A stretch of DNA of 63,359 nt, filler included, from Choristocarpus tenellus KU-1152 (GCA_964200185.2; 9 parts of 9 records of this genome joined end to end with filler, not necessarily neighbours in it); one strand, 5' to 3'. Positions 37,860 to 50,875 are shown, counted from the whole stretch's first letter. Translations and numbers: made by a program. Notes: generated by a model from the letters alone, not told the origin.

Positions 37860-40166
37860 AGGGTATTCTGCCACCAGAAGACTTTCGCAACCAGAGGTAA
37901 GCGATGTGCTTTTCGACTGTTTTTCTATGCCGTAGGATCCTCTTCTTCAAGGCCCTGATAGATTTGAAATATATCCCCTTGGTGCAAGATGATTTTTTGT
38001 TTTTTGGGGGGGTTAGGGTTAGGGTTAGGGTTAGTGCCGCCTAGCATTCTCAAACCTCTACTGCACCCCATTGCACTCCTCATTAATTTCTAGCAAAAGA
38101 TTCCTCTCATTCACCCTCTCTTATTTCAATTCCCTGAGCTCCATCCCACTCGCAATCCCCCTCCCCCCCCCCCCCCCCCCCTCCTTCCAACCGGGCTGCA
38201 CAACCCCCTCCCCCCCCCACACAAAAACAACCTGATCCAGGAATCTGCCCAGCTGTCCCAACTAGACTTAAAGAGTTGCATTCCTTGTATATCATGTATC
38301 CCAGCATCAATTTATTCCAGTACCCCCTACCTTTCCATCCCCCACTCAGATTCAAGCTCATTCCAAGTATAGTGGATGGGCCGTTCATGGTGAAGAGGGC
38401 AGTTGGCAACAAGCCAGCCCTCCTTGGTCGGAAACTCTGTCAGCGATACTTTCGAGGGCAGGGTTATGTGGAGACGGATGTTGGTAAGATGTTGGTAAGG
38501 CGTTGCGGTGGAGAACGTTTCCCTTTCCCCTTTCCCCCCCCCCCCATTTTTATGTCAGGAGAATGAACCAATAGAAAACCTTTGGCAGAGTGTACAAAAA
38601 GAGGCATCGTCTGCTTGTTTGGGGTTGTGCTTTTTGTGGCATGTTGATGTTGGGGTTAGAGATGAGAATAGAGATGTGAAGAACGTCGAACATGACCTGT
38701 TTGTGGACTGTTTTTTGTGTGTGTCGTAGCTTTTTTCTTTTGTAGATCAAAAAGGAATGTTCTTAGTTTGTGCTGCGAATTGTAGCAGTCCGATTGTGTC
38801 TCTACCAATCAAATGCCGAAAAATCGAGGGGTAGTTTTTTCATTGGTTAAATTTATCATGCGAACGAAGGCGTGCTGCACACTCTCCTGGGCGAAGCCCT
38901 GTGGCGCTCGGGGACTCGTACGCATTATGATTGAAACAGAGTACTCTGCATTGAAATTTCTTGAGCTAGTCAAACTTGTACTCTTCAAATGCTCTCAATT
39001 CGCAACTTCCTTCTTTAATAAACAGTTGATCTCGGTAGTCGTTGACAACTGTTAAAAATGATAACTGGCGACAATGCCGGTCCTAGTTTTACCCTCACCC
39101 TCTGCCAAACCACACATAAGACCGCACACACCCCTCTCTCTACCACTATATTGGGTCATTGCCATTTTGATAGATGTGGGGAGCTCGATGGTGGCAGCCA
39201 GGATTGTAGGTCTGTGTCGTGGGTATGCTCAGTCACTGACAGTGGAGCTGGGGGTGTGCCTGGAAGGGAGGTTAGTGCACGTTTTTTTATTTGTAACAGT
39301 TGTTTGAATTTGAGAAAATAGACTGTTCTTGCTAGGAAGTTGTTGTATTGGGAGTGAAAAGGCCTTCAATCAGGTCTTAAGATTTGTGGCAAGAAGAGAT
39401 AGGGTGTGACTTTGCAAGGGGCGGTGACTGGTGAGGCTGACTGTGGGTGTTTGTTTAGCATTGATAATCTTGTTGTTTTTCCGATGACTCAATAGATGCA
39501 CTGAATAGATTGCTGGGATGGAATTGACGAATGGGAAGAGGGTCGATAAGATGGGCAAGGATTCTGTTTGTGTTGGATGTGGGAGGGGTATCACAAGTGC
39601 TTTGTGGAAGATATGTAGGGTTGTGGACATCGACTGTTTGGAGGACATGACTACTTTTGCAGTATTTGGGTATCCTCTGAGTGGTGTGTTGGTGTTGTAG
39701 TGAATGGGGTGGCGCTCAAGGACTAAGTACCTACCTTGTTGACAAGAAAGTTGGTATTTTTTACCATTCTCTTAGGTTCAGGACTTTTTGTCTTCTGAAT
39801 TGTAGTGCACTTCCGCCTCTCCCTTCAAGACCCTGGCTCTGGTGCTGTTGCTGCAGCTTGGTACTGCAATTACCCCCCCTTTGGTGACCACTGCCCAACT
39901 CACAACACCAGCGCCTTCCATGTTTTGGGCTTTGCTCAAGTTCATTCCCTTTGTTAGTCTTAACTTTTTCCTCAAGTGAGTTTTTTTCATCTAACCCCAA
40001 CTACTGCAACAGATGCGAAGAAGAGCTTCCAGAGCGGTGCATTGGCCTCATTCGACTCATTAACCTCAACCTGGAGGGGGCAGAGCCCCTTGACGGGGAA
40101 GGGGGAACAGGAAGAGGACCCTGCTTTAATGGAGAAAGTGGGGGGGGGGCTGAGGATCGCGACTGA
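37860..40166 (+). CDS. DUF1336 (EDR2 C-terminal) domain protein, last 4 exons
   Basis: Exons 37860-37896, 38350-38483, 39174-39270 and 40013-40166 (TGA) give FRNQRFKLIPSIVDGPFMVKRAVGNKPALLGRKL..YFRG..YVETDVDVGSSMVAARIVGLCRGYAQSLTVELGVCLEGRCEEELPERCIG, the DUF1336 signature. Confidence 0.9.
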
Positions 40167-40761
40167 AGGTCTATTGGTCCTTTGGTTATTGCATCCCACA
40201 CGTGGCGTTTGTCAATTTTTATGGGTGGGGTGGGGGGTTTTGGTGTAGGAGAGAACAAAACGTGGGTGGTCTTAGATTGAAGGCCGTGATTGCTCTATCA
40301 CTTTTTTACACTCTTCTGACTGCTTTCCTGTTGATGACTCGGTACTGTGGAGAAGAAGAGGCCATGTGTTGGGGTTGTGGGTGGATTGTTCTCATTATAT
40401 CAGGGTTTGATAGAAGCGGCAGGGGGGGGGGGGAGGAAGGGAGGATGGAGGCTGCAATCAGGTCAGGATATTAGTTATTGACTGAAAACCTGCCTGTTTT
40501 CAGTTGCAGCAAATGCCATATTCAACTGTGATGTTACACTATGTGAATAGTTGGTGCGTGGGGGAAAGCTTACACTACTGCAATGGACTTGTGAGATGGT
40601 TTGTGTTGGTTTGTTGTTTGTGATAGATGCAGCTGGGTGCTGCCTTTGCCCTGTTGGCACGTCTATTCCCTGTACTTGTATGTTGGGTTTTTATCGAGTG
40701 AAGGTGTTTGAGGTGTGAGAACCTCAAGTTCATCTCAGAGTTTTTTTTCATCTCTTTTTAG

Positions 40762-40801
<40 letters not shown>

Positions 40802-40968
40802 TTCTTTTTTTTTGGGTGGGTAGGGAAAGGAGGGGGATTTTCATGAAACCCCTCCAGCGACGAGGGTANNNNNNNNNNNNNNNNNNNNNNNNNNNNNNNN
40901 NNNNNNNNNNNNTTAATTAATTAANNNNNNNNNNNNNNNNNNNNNNNNNNNNNNNNNNNNNNNNNNNN

Positions 40969-41038
40969 CCAAAAATTGCGACATGAAAAAATTGACCCCA
41001 AATGGACAACCGCCACCCCACCCGAGATACTTTGAGTC
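40969..41038. mobile_element. MITE family B, partial at contig start; other contig-edge termini at 1-33, 31891-31915, 44153-44172, 60807-60849
   Basis: CCCCAAATGGACAACCGCCACCCC..GATACTTTGAGTC end. The same terminus begins several contigs. Confidence 0.8.
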
Positions 41039-41203
41039 TTAGGAAATTTCAATATCCTTGTTCTGAACACCTTTTCATAACGTATCAATTTTACCTACTC
41101 CGAAACATTTCGGAGTAGGTAAAATGTCATAAAAACCCATAGGAAGCCAAGCCCCAAATGGACAAACAGGGCAAAATTCGTACCCTCTAAGACACTTTCA
41201 CTC
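41039..41203. mobile_element. MITE family A, partial, interrupted by a family-B copy
   Basis: Reverse-orientation copy ending CCCTCTAAGACACTTTCACTC; it abuts the family-B TIR at 41038. Confidence 0.85.
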
Positions 41204-41835
41204 AGCATTAGGCATAACCCTCCGTACCGCTCGACAAGAAGCTGAAGACTAGGAACTACCTCGTTGAAGTCTCTGTGCCCTTCAAGTACATGCAACATGC
41301 TTTTGCTTGGGTTGTATTTCTCTCCCTTACCCCCGTCCTTTGCCATTCCGGGTTCTAATAGCCCCCTTTCCCAAAAAAAAAGTCGCATCCCCTTAAGCTT
41401 CCCTAGGTAGTTCTCTTTGGTGAGATGTGGGGCGTAGAACGGCGGGTCATTGTCTGGATGAAAAACCAGGTGCTGCAAAGTCTCCCCACATTGAGATGCG
41501 GAGTGTCTCGGTCTGACCATCGCATATCCTGCTGCCATCTCGAGCACCGTTTTACGGTCTTTCCCGTCATCCATACACAGGTACAGGATTCGCACTGATA
41601 GAGGCTTTACTATGACATTTCCTTGTTGAGCGCCGGAAACGGGCGTTGTCTGTGGTTCCTGGACGGGTAATATTTTATCATCAAGGCGCAAGGGCGATGG
41701 AGGGCAGGCTTAGGTTGATCGAAAATTGTGCTGATTTCTCGAATAAATTCAGGCTGGGGGATAAAGCCTTAATCAACTTTATACGTCGAACCCCAAGTCC
41801 AGGAAACCCCCCCTCCCCCTCAGATACCTTTGGTC
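41204..41835 (-). mobile_element. Internally deleted DNA transposon: terminal inverted repeat plus DDE-type transposase fragment
   Basis: The terminus GACCAAAGGTATCTGAGGGGG (41835 inward) resembles the family-B MITE TIR. The ORF fragment GKLKGMRLFFWERGLL..VLEGHRDF..LQLLVERYGGLCLML resembles the KG..L.ERGL/PDF/LPKFHCELN class of eukaryotic DDE transposases. It is inserted in the Copia RT and cut by a MITE at 41203. Confidence 0.7.
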
Positions 41836-43900
41836 TGAGTGAAGTCTAGGGAGTTGATTACCCAGTTTCTGTTAGATGCTGTAGCCAGGACTGCCTGAAT
41901 CACGTCAAATCCCACCACTGGATTGAATGTGCAAAAGTAGTCCACCCCTTCTTGTTGGGAAAAACCCCGTGCTACCAGCCTGGCCGTAAATGTTTCAATG
42001 TCTCCATAGGCTGTCTTTTTAATTTTAAATATAAACTTGTTTTGACAGGTCTCCTCCCTAGTCGCAGACTCTCTCCTTCATGGAAGGTTCTTATGCTTCA
42101 TTGGCCCTCCGTTTCTTGCTCCATTGCCTTCTTCCAGTATTCTGCATCAGGCCCTGCGAGGGCTTCTGCAATGGTTGATGGCTCCTGGTAGCCTATCGAG
42201 ATGTCACCTGCCATGCCCATCAAACAGTATGCATCATCCGTGCTTGTTCTGAGCAGAATCACTATATTCTCTCCCAGTTCTTCTGTATCTCCAAAGTGTA
42301 AACCCCTGTAGTCCACCCTGGGTTGTTCAGCTATCCTAGCTGACCTCCGCTGTCCACTAGGTGAACTTGTCGAGTTCTTGCTCACGGCTGTTGCTTGTGG
42401 TATTGAATCGACTGCAATATCGAAATCCCGATCAGAGTCGTCTTCAGTATCAGAAATCTCTTCATCATCCGTCAAAGTCATGGTCTCTCTCCCCCACGAA
42501 GTCCATGATGTGTTCATCCGGCTCGAACGTCACGTGGGCTGAGATTACCAACTTGGCTTCTTGAGGAAGCCAGATGTACCAACACAGTGACGCACGGTCG
42601 TGTCCCGTGGCTATACCCTGTTTGGCGTATGGGTGAAACTTCGAACCGGCTCCCTTCTGCTGCTTGTTCTGGTGAACATAGCGCTCGCTCCCCCAGGCCC
42701 GAAGCCTATCAAAGTTGAAGGATTTACCCGTTAGACGCTCGCATGGCGTCTCTCCTCCCAGGTATTTCGTGTGGCATGCCTCCAGTCTTGAAGGCGACGT
42801 CCGTGATGGCAAAGAACCAGTACTCGTCGCCCAGCCCAGCCTTTGCCAGGTGACTCCTTGCTGCCCCCATGAGTTGCTTTATCGCCCTTTCGGTGATCCC
42901 ATTGCTCTGTGGTGTTCTCGGTGGAGATTTCCTCCATCGGGTACCGTTGTTCACCAGCATCCTTTGGAACTTCACCGATGAGTCAAAGTATCGTAGAGGG
43001 TAGAGTTCTGTCCGTTTGGGGACCAAAATCCGGTGTTGCGATTTTGATGTAATTTTGGTTATCATGTTTGTTGGGAAGCGTCAATATCGTTGTTCCAGGC
43101 ATAACTTTTTATAACTTACACATTTTACCTACTCCGAAATTTTTCGGAACAGATAAAATGTCATTATAAACCTGTGGGAAGCCAAACCCCAAATGGACGA
43201 ACAGGGCAAAATGCGTACCCTCCAAGATAATTTCACTACGATCTTCCAAGCTCGCCAGCACCATCCCCACTGATGCATTAGACTTGTATACCTTCCCTTG
43301 CCATCTGGTCGATGTAGGCAGCGGTTGCTTCCGTCGCTGCATTTTTTGTTTTCAATCCATAAACCCTCTAGTCTCTGCTGCTCTCATCGACAAACACCTG
43401 GAAATATTTATGACCAGTGATGTCTGCTTTAGAAGGTCTCACCAAATCTTTGTGGACAACCTCGCCGGGTTGCTTGGGGGTCCTGCCACCCCGTTGATAG
43501 CTTAAGGCCTCGGACTTGCATTCCTTGCAGGTCTCGCACTGCAGTTCTGACGCCACAGTAGTGTCGGTGATCTCTAAGAGTCCACATTTCTCGAGATGCT
43601 TTATTGCTGATGGGTTGATATGTCCCAAAATGTTGTGCCAGTCCCTCAATGTCAGCCTCTGCTTTTGGTTGGCTCATGCAGCGCTGGCTCTCGATTCTTG
43701 TTCCATGGTGGTTATTGTTCCAGTTAAATTTAAGAACCCCCGGGCTCCCCGTGCTTAGCTCCTCCTTTCCCTTCTGGTGGAGGCTTAATTACTGCTCCTG
43801 CTAATGTCCTGCTCCCCTAGTGCCAGGTACAGCAATTGAGTTTCTCATTCCGTAAGTAACAACCTTGTCACAGGGTCCCAGTGCTCAATATTCTGCATGG
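41836..43900 (-). mobile_element. Degenerate Ty1/Copia LTR retrotransposon (GAG-pre-integrase, integrase, start of RT)
   Basis: WHNILGHIN..CETCKECK (pre-integrase), DGAGEL..SVKF..SPPRTPQSNGITER (integrase), RRSAR, EPSTIAEALAGPDAEYWKKAMEQE, and RT LATASNRNWVINSLDFTQ. Integrase precedes RT. Many stops and frameshifts. Confidence 0.9.
42980..43239. mobile_element. MITE family A inserted in the Copia integrase
   Basis: Removing the element and one gat copy restores DGAGELGRSVKFQRML. Confidence 0.9.
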
Positions 43901-44739
43901 CATACCAGGTACCCAAAGTGTTAAAACATAGGCTACTCATTTGTTCCTTGTTGATATGATACACATCTACCAGCTTGTACTGACTGTTGATTGGTGCACT
44001 GCACTGGTTGTTAGTGTTCATTTAGTTATTGCGCATTCCAACTCATCATCACNNNNNNNNNNNNNNNNNNNNNNNNNNNNNNNNNNNNNNNNNNNNTTAA
44101 TTAATTAANNNNNNNNNNNNNNNNNNNNNNNNNNNNNNNNNNNNNNNNNNNNCCCCCCCGATACTTTGACCCTAAGTGTATATTGCTGTGGTAGTAGTTG
44201 AATTTACAGTGCTGCATGTTGGTGAGTAAATTTTATTTTTTTCATTTTAATACCACCAGCACTCGCATCTACTTACTACAAGACAAAATGATGAATGATG
44301 AGTCCTTTTGGTGTAATATTTGTAGTGAGTGACTAAATGACAACACAGAACGTCACATCTACAACAAGAAGAAACTGGCGCTAGAAAAATGGTCCAGGAC
44401 CCTGCCCAGCGACGGTTCCTCAGTATTGTTGTTAGTAAACATGATCACAGTATTTCTCAATTATCATTAGCTGTTGTTTATTCTAGATAATACGACATCA
44501 AGCGTAAGGGTCGCAGGTCCAATCTTTCAGTCATAACGAGATAGATGAACCACAGCAAGGGACCGAGGAGCTCCTCCATCTTCTAGGAAAATGTTTTCAC
44601 TCCTAGCATACATAAACCTCAACTGAAAACTGTTGTATGTAGAGTGTAGTGGAATCCGCTCTCTGTTACCTAAACTAAGACTGATGATGCAATCTTAAGA
44701 AAAGGAAGAGTAAAGACATGTGCATGCCCCTTTGCCAAT

Positions 44740-47700
44740 CTAACGACCATCCACATTCCATCGAACGAGAAGCTCAGTTGGGAGCCATCCTCGCATTATC
44801 TCATCCATACTGAACACGGTTTCGGGATTAAGCTTATCCAAGAAACTTTTCTGGTTTTCATGTTCCACCAATCCTGTTTCTGTTTTGTGCTCCTCTAACG
44901 GCTGGTCAGGAGCATTATCTAAGACCTCGAGGACAACTCCTGGCAAGTCCATCCCAAAGAACCTCATTAATTTGCCAAAAGACGCCAATTTATCAGCAAG
45001 AATGTCCTCGTAGAACAGAAGTAGCGTTCGTGAGCGAAGAACTGTCCCAAAGAGTAAAACCCTAAACAATGTCCTTTGGCAGTAACTGGGCAACACACTG
45101 AGCACATACTCATCTAACGTGTGTTCGAAGCGTTCCCCGAAGCCCTTTTTCAGCATGAAGAACATACTATTTGCTGCTGCTCGAGGATCACGAATTATGA
45201 CCAATTGTGGATTCTCATCCACAATGCTGCAAGCACTATCAGCAAGAGATTGTTCCATGCACATCCTGAAGTCTCTTTTGCCTTCTACTGTGGTCGCATC
45301 AGTCACATTAGGGCATGGATAGCTCGTAGGTCTTGGATCCGCGAATATATGCGAAATAGGGAAGTTGATGCTGCAATCCTCTCCAAATGGGAGGCAATGC
45401 TTCCCCTCTTCCATTACGCGGATTTCAACCCTGAGTCAAGGACCGAATTAGTCAAGATTTAAAATACACACTTGAGCAAAATAGTAGACAAACAGATTAA
45501 GTGCTTATTTCGTTGTGCATACATGGGCTTGGGACAAGTAACACTGAGGTAACATGTGAGTTGGAACCTTTAATAATAAACAATCGAGGTGTCCGATCCA
45601 GAGGTTCAAAATCATCGATAGAGGGATACACAACAAGACTATGAACATGCTCCCCTCCAAGATTGCACCATGTCACCAAGAGTTTTTCCCTTTAATTATA
45701 TTGTTTATGATATTCTTACTCAATATATATTGTGCAGAATGTGATATAACAGAGGTATGTAGAGCATCTCACTCTCACACAGCTATGGCCCCACACGACT
45801 ACAAAAAAACACAAGGACATATCATTGAACATTTTGCTCAGGTGATATTACATGTGTCGAACCCTGCAGCTTACCAAGGGCGGCTCTTTAGAGTTTAGGT
45901 TAACACAAATTCGTAGACCGCATTCCATTCAGCTTAACTTTATAGTTCATGTTAAATAAGGGCGGGAATTGTACTGGGACAACATATTGTCCAACAGTAG
46001 TCTGATCTAGGAATTACTACCTGGGGAGGGTTATGTTGACTGTGTGGGGCATAGGGTTTTGTGAGTTGTGTTGTGCACGTACAGGTTGATGCCAGGAGGA
46101 AGGACTGTAATATCAGACAATACACAAACAACAGCATTTCCAGAAACACAAAGGTATGAAGGAAGCGGGCTTCACATTTAAATAAGGTTCATTTGTGCAT
46201 CAATTGCCCTTACCTCCCACCCTCATTTACTTAATCTTGCCATTTCTTCATCAAGGTTTCGAGGATACAACATCCATGCGAAAAGGCGATGTAAACTTGA
46301 TTGTCTTCTACTTTTCTATCACCGCTACTGTTATCATTACAGTGAACTCAGAGCGAAGTAAAGGGACCAAAGCGTCAGAAGCCACGTTTTTCTCAAACCA
46401 CCTTCAAACACGCATCTGACAATCACCTCATGCTTTGTACATACCTTTTCATCGCAGAACAGGGGCATGCAGCTTCTTCACCATTGCTCGGGACAAAAGT
46501 AATTTTCGAGTAACGCAAGGAATTCTCTTCCGTAAATTCGAATGTGCAACTGTTGGCCCCATAGATATCATTGAAGAATGCACAAGAAATCTCCAGAAAG
46601 TTCTTGGAAGTATGATAAAGAAATTTCGTCCCACTCTTTGGCTCTCCTCGAAGCTGGATACTCCTTTGGAATACACCGTCATTGGAAGAGAGAAACATGT
46701 CTTCACATGGCCTACAAGCATCACCATACCCACCCCATTGTTCTCCGGATTTGGGGGACTTCGTTTGCGGAGATCTAGTGGCCACCTTACGCGACCTGCA
46801 CTCTTCCATACCGTCGCCTGCACAAAGTGTAATTTAGGTGGTTAGGTGACGTTGGTGGGAAGGAGGTGAGGAGAAAGTGCGTTATTACTTTTTCCCAGTG
46901 CTAGGAGTTAATTGATTGCAAGCTAGAGAAGTATTGACCAAAAGTACCTGGGGTGGGGGGGTCTATACCAGGGTGTCCATTTGGACCAAAATAATGAAAA
47001 GTGCATTTATATTATCCATCTGACGTATGACAACCAAATCACCCAAAAATCTTGATATGAAAAAACGGACCCCGAATGAACAGCTGCCACCCTCCCCAGA
47101 TACTTTGAGCCATTATGTGGTCAATATAGTCCCAATGTTGGAAGTGTATGACCCAAAGCATCTGGGAGGGCGGGGTCTACACCAGAGTGTCCTTTTGGAA
47201 CGGAGGGAGAGTATCTTAGAGGGTACAAGTTTTGCCCTGTTTGTCCATTTGGGGTTTGGCTTACCATTTCTTTTTTTATGGCATTTTCCTACACCAAAAT
47301 GTTTCAAAGTAGGCAAAATTTGAACAATATGAAAATGTGTATCCGGAACAAGGATATTGATACTCCTAACAAAATACGATAGCCAAAATTACATCAAAAT
47401 TGCAACATCGGATTTTGGCCCCCAAATGGACGCGGCTCGACCCTCTAAGATACTTTGACTCCCAAAATCAGGAAAAGTGCATCTACAGTATCCATCCAGC
47501 GTATGCAATCAAATCACCCAAAGATCACGACATGAAAAAATCGACCCCAAATGGACAGCCGCCACCCCCTCCCAGATACTTTGAGCCTATTATAGGTAAA
47601 CGATAATTATGAAGCTACACTTGTCTGGTCATGAGTGGAATTTCATCAGGTGCAGTTGAGCGACAGATTTGAGACTTGAATAAGTCAAAATCTGGCTGAC

Positions 47701-48785
47701 AACGACTTCCGTCTTGGCACATGTTTTTTCAATCCTCGAGGGCCCAAGAGGCTGCGTTCCTGTACTGCAGAACAGCCAAAATCCTCTGACATGAGGTCTC
47801 CATCAAGCAAGGATTGTTTAGTCATGTCCATAAAGAAACAGTTCCTGACAATGCTTTTCAGTTAGAGTTACTATGGGTGGTACAAAACTAGTGTCGTGGA
47901 GGGTACTGAAACGTAGTTATTGCTCACCAAACACTGCCTGGATTTCTTGATATTTGCATACAGATCTATTAAGCATGCCATGGGAAAAGAGCTTGAAAGA
48001 CCTCTACCCCTCCCATGTTGTTCAAAACGACAAATGCTCATCCGAGCATAACAAGTTGGGCCCAGGTCCTCAGATTGTTTGTTAGTGTGATTTAGCCAGG
48101 ACAATTACCCCTTCGGAACTGTACTCACTGAGCAGCTACCTTCTCCCCCCTCAAACTCATAGTGATAGTTGAGTACATAGAGTAGTGGACTACTAAGAAT
48201 TCCCAGGAGGAGGATGCCCCCCGCACGGATCCAGAAGGCATGGCTTTGCTCTGACTTCAACGACCTCTCGTATCTGACTATCATATAGTGAAGCATAAGT
48301 CCTGGAAAATGAAAGGGAATCCATCTGATAGCCCACTCTGTTACAATCTCATTTCTGTTCGAAATTCAACCGTAACATCCTTCAACATCCTACCCTTGGT
48401 CACCTTTCTGTCAAGACATAATATTCTATCTTACAATTCTTATCTTGGCGAGCTTTGCATTGGTGGTCTTGAAATGGTGATCACCTCACTTCCAGTAGTA
48501 CTGTGCATATTTTGTAAAGAAATCGCTGGCAAGTGATGCAAAATTTGTGCTCTTACCACAAAGAGTAGAGGAGGGACATCAACCAACACGTTACAATCAA
48601 GTCTCCATAGATGATGACTATAGAATACAATCCAATTTGGGCGTAGTCGATACATGAGTTGACTTTGCTCCTCTAGACTTCAATGCCATCATTTTTTTAG
48701 TTCGTATGCCATTATTGGACTGCCACTTACCCTGACCTCCCCTGATGCAAATTGCTGAGATCAGAGAGAGGGCTGTGACACGCAT
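44740..48785 (-). CDS. Type-II membrane (Golgi-type) PAPS-dependent sulfotransferase, about 426 aa
   Basis: Exons 48785-48731 and 48301-48140 are tentative; the second holds the hydrophobic anchor FWIRAGGILLLGILSSPLLYVL. Exons 46817-46445 and 45430-44740 (stop) are well supported. Motifs: 5'-PSB GEPKSGT, 3'-PB IIRDPRAAANS, and LLFYEDI. Confidence 0.8.
46936..47111. mobile_element. MITE family B (about 178 bp)
   Basis: TIR GACCAAAAGTACCTGGGG / CCCCAGATACTTTGAGCC, with TSD att/att. Confidence 0.9.
47150..47587. mobile_element. MITE family B containing nested family A
   Basis: TIR GACCCAAAGCATCTGGG / CCCAGATACTTTGAGCC, with TSD tat/tat. Confidence 0.9.
47203..47461. mobile_element. MITE family A nested in a family-B copy
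   Basis: Family-A TIRs and interior split the B element 47150-47587. Confidence 0.9.
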
Positions 48786-48839
48786 GTTCCAGTCCGTTCA
48801 AAAACGCAGATGTAATACCTTCCTATGTCAAAGGGACGG

Positions 48840-49110
48840 TACGAGATCACAAACACAAGGATTCGAGGACATGGGGACTTGAGTCGATTGATTATACCAT
48901 GCACTGGGCTGAACGTGTTGTAGTAGCCCATATTCTACCATTGAGTGAAGTCCTATCACACCCAAGAAACAGTCTGCATCATAGGTGTTTGCCTTGTTCA
49001 AGTTGATTTTGTTCTCATCTAAGTCTCTTCTCGGTCCTGAAATGTAAACCTCTGTAGTCCAACCGGGGTTGCTGACTCAGCCTGGCGGATCTCCGTTGAA
49101 GAGAGTTGCG
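48840..49110 (-). mobile_element. Short Copia remnant related to the 42 kb element
   Basis: About 49040-49098 encodes RRSARLSQQPRLDYRGLHF, similar at DNA and protein level to about 42290-42350 (RRSARIAEQPRVDYRGLHF). The left boundary is approximate. Confidence 0.5.
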
Positions 49111-50476
49111 ATTGGTTGCAAGAATTATGTAACAATTCTTCCAAAAAGCTAAAGGTCCAACAAGGAATTTCGACCTTGCACGAACTTGATACTTCAGAGG
49201 GATATTAAGTCCTCACGCAAACAACCCTTAGGTACGAACGATGGCGGTGCACAGATAATGCAGAAAAAAATGAGAGGGATACGCGCTGGAGGAGTATCAC
49301 GTTCATGGATTTGTTAGCGCTACCAATGAAGTACAATGAAATGTGAAGAGAAAAAATGAAAAATGAACCTAGCGTCGAATATACAATGAAGGTACTTCTC
49401 AGATGGGTGAGAGGGAGTACCTGGAAAGTCTCAGTCCCGGGAAAAATGTCTTGTCTGAGGACCCAGTCTGTGGCACTAGGCCACAGAGATTGGCTGGTGG
49501 TACCAACAACAGTGAAACATAATAGAACAGAAACTACATGGTGATAGTGGACGAGAGGTAGCATAAGGGAATTCTTCCCCAGCGACGCCCCAACCCGTCA
49601 TAAAAAGACAACGTGGAAGTCTAACGTCTAAATGAAATCTGTTGGGAGGTAGATGGAGTTGCTTCCAGCTGTCAAAAAAGGAGAGAGTCATAGCGCAATC
49701 GATAAAGGTTTGAAATGCTACAAATGACCAGATTAACATGGTACCCTTCCATTTCTTCGGGAGATGCTATTGGCTCGAAGGGGTGGCACTGGTAGGTGGG
49801 GTGAATGAAAAGAGGATCAAGGTTGGATTGAGATTGAGGGAATAAGCGTAATATGAATGCCCACGGGCTCAATGACCTCTTGTTCATCAACAACGACATA
49901 CCAGCCCTTACTTCGATTGTATCGTCGAAAAACGCAGACAGACGGAGGTCCCCACTCACCTCGTTCACAGCTCCAGGTGGGCTCATTCACAACTCCAGCT
50001 AGGCTTGTTCACAACTTTAGGTGGGGTGGTGATGAGTGGTGATTGTAGTTATTTGGTGATCGAAGTTATTTCCGTGATTCTCCATATTTTCTTTGCTTCA
50101 AAATGTTTTTTTATCATTCGCATATTCCTACATTGGATGACTGTTAAAATGATTTATACTGTATATATACTTTTATCCTTTATATACATATACATTTATA
50201 CATTACATATTAGAACCTTAAGCTGAATCAGTTTTCTATTTTCGCTATGTATGTGACAGTATTCTTCTCAACCTTTTCGATCCGTAATAGAAGAATAGAA
50301 CCTCAATGTGGATTCATTCAAGGTGTATTCGCATTTACAGGACGCATTCAAAAAAATCAAATACGTCTTTTTAAACAACTCCCCTTTTTTCCATAAAGTA
50401 CCAAGTGGGTCTAAACACATTTTACAAGAGTCAGTATGGGTTGAGATTGTGATGGTCGATTTGGAGTGAAGTGAAG

Positions 50477-50560
50477 TGTACTTTTTTTCATTGAAGAATG
50501 TTAGGGCAACTAAGATGTTGTACTTTTTTTTATTGAAGAATGTTAGAGCAACTAAGATGT
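50477..50560. repeat. Approximately 42-bp tandem duplication
   Basis: TGTACTTTTTTT..ATTGAAGAATGTTAG(G/A)GCAACTAAGATGT occurs twice. Confidence 0.9.
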
Positions 50561-50875
50561 CGTGTCCACGCCTCTCTTATCAAGCAGGCAGTGATGGTGA
50601 AGGAGTTGAATCCCTCTCCTGTGGCAGTCGCAACAAATCGTATGGCACTGCTGCTACTATATGCAGCAAACAGGTTACTGTCGATGTTTCCTCTGTTGAA
50701 CAGGATGGCAGATTCCCTCTACAAGCATCCATCTCATTCAAATCCCACTGTCATATTGTTAATTAAATTTAAAACATGCTGTAGACACAGCATAGAGGGT
50801 TTTCTTACCATTGGTGAGGCGTTTGCATCATTTGATGTTTGGATCTATGCTCACTCCTTCAACAAGTAACAGAGC

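Noticed and set aside
42976-43243. 4-bp TSD (cgat; also atga/acga at 56495) suggesting Sola elements
   Set aside because: Six other A/B copies fit a 3-bp TSD. The 42980 site is compatible with either length, and the 56495 site is ambiguous.
49205-49990. ORFs of 104-119 aa on the minus strand
   Set aside because: No recognisable domain and no convincing exon chain.
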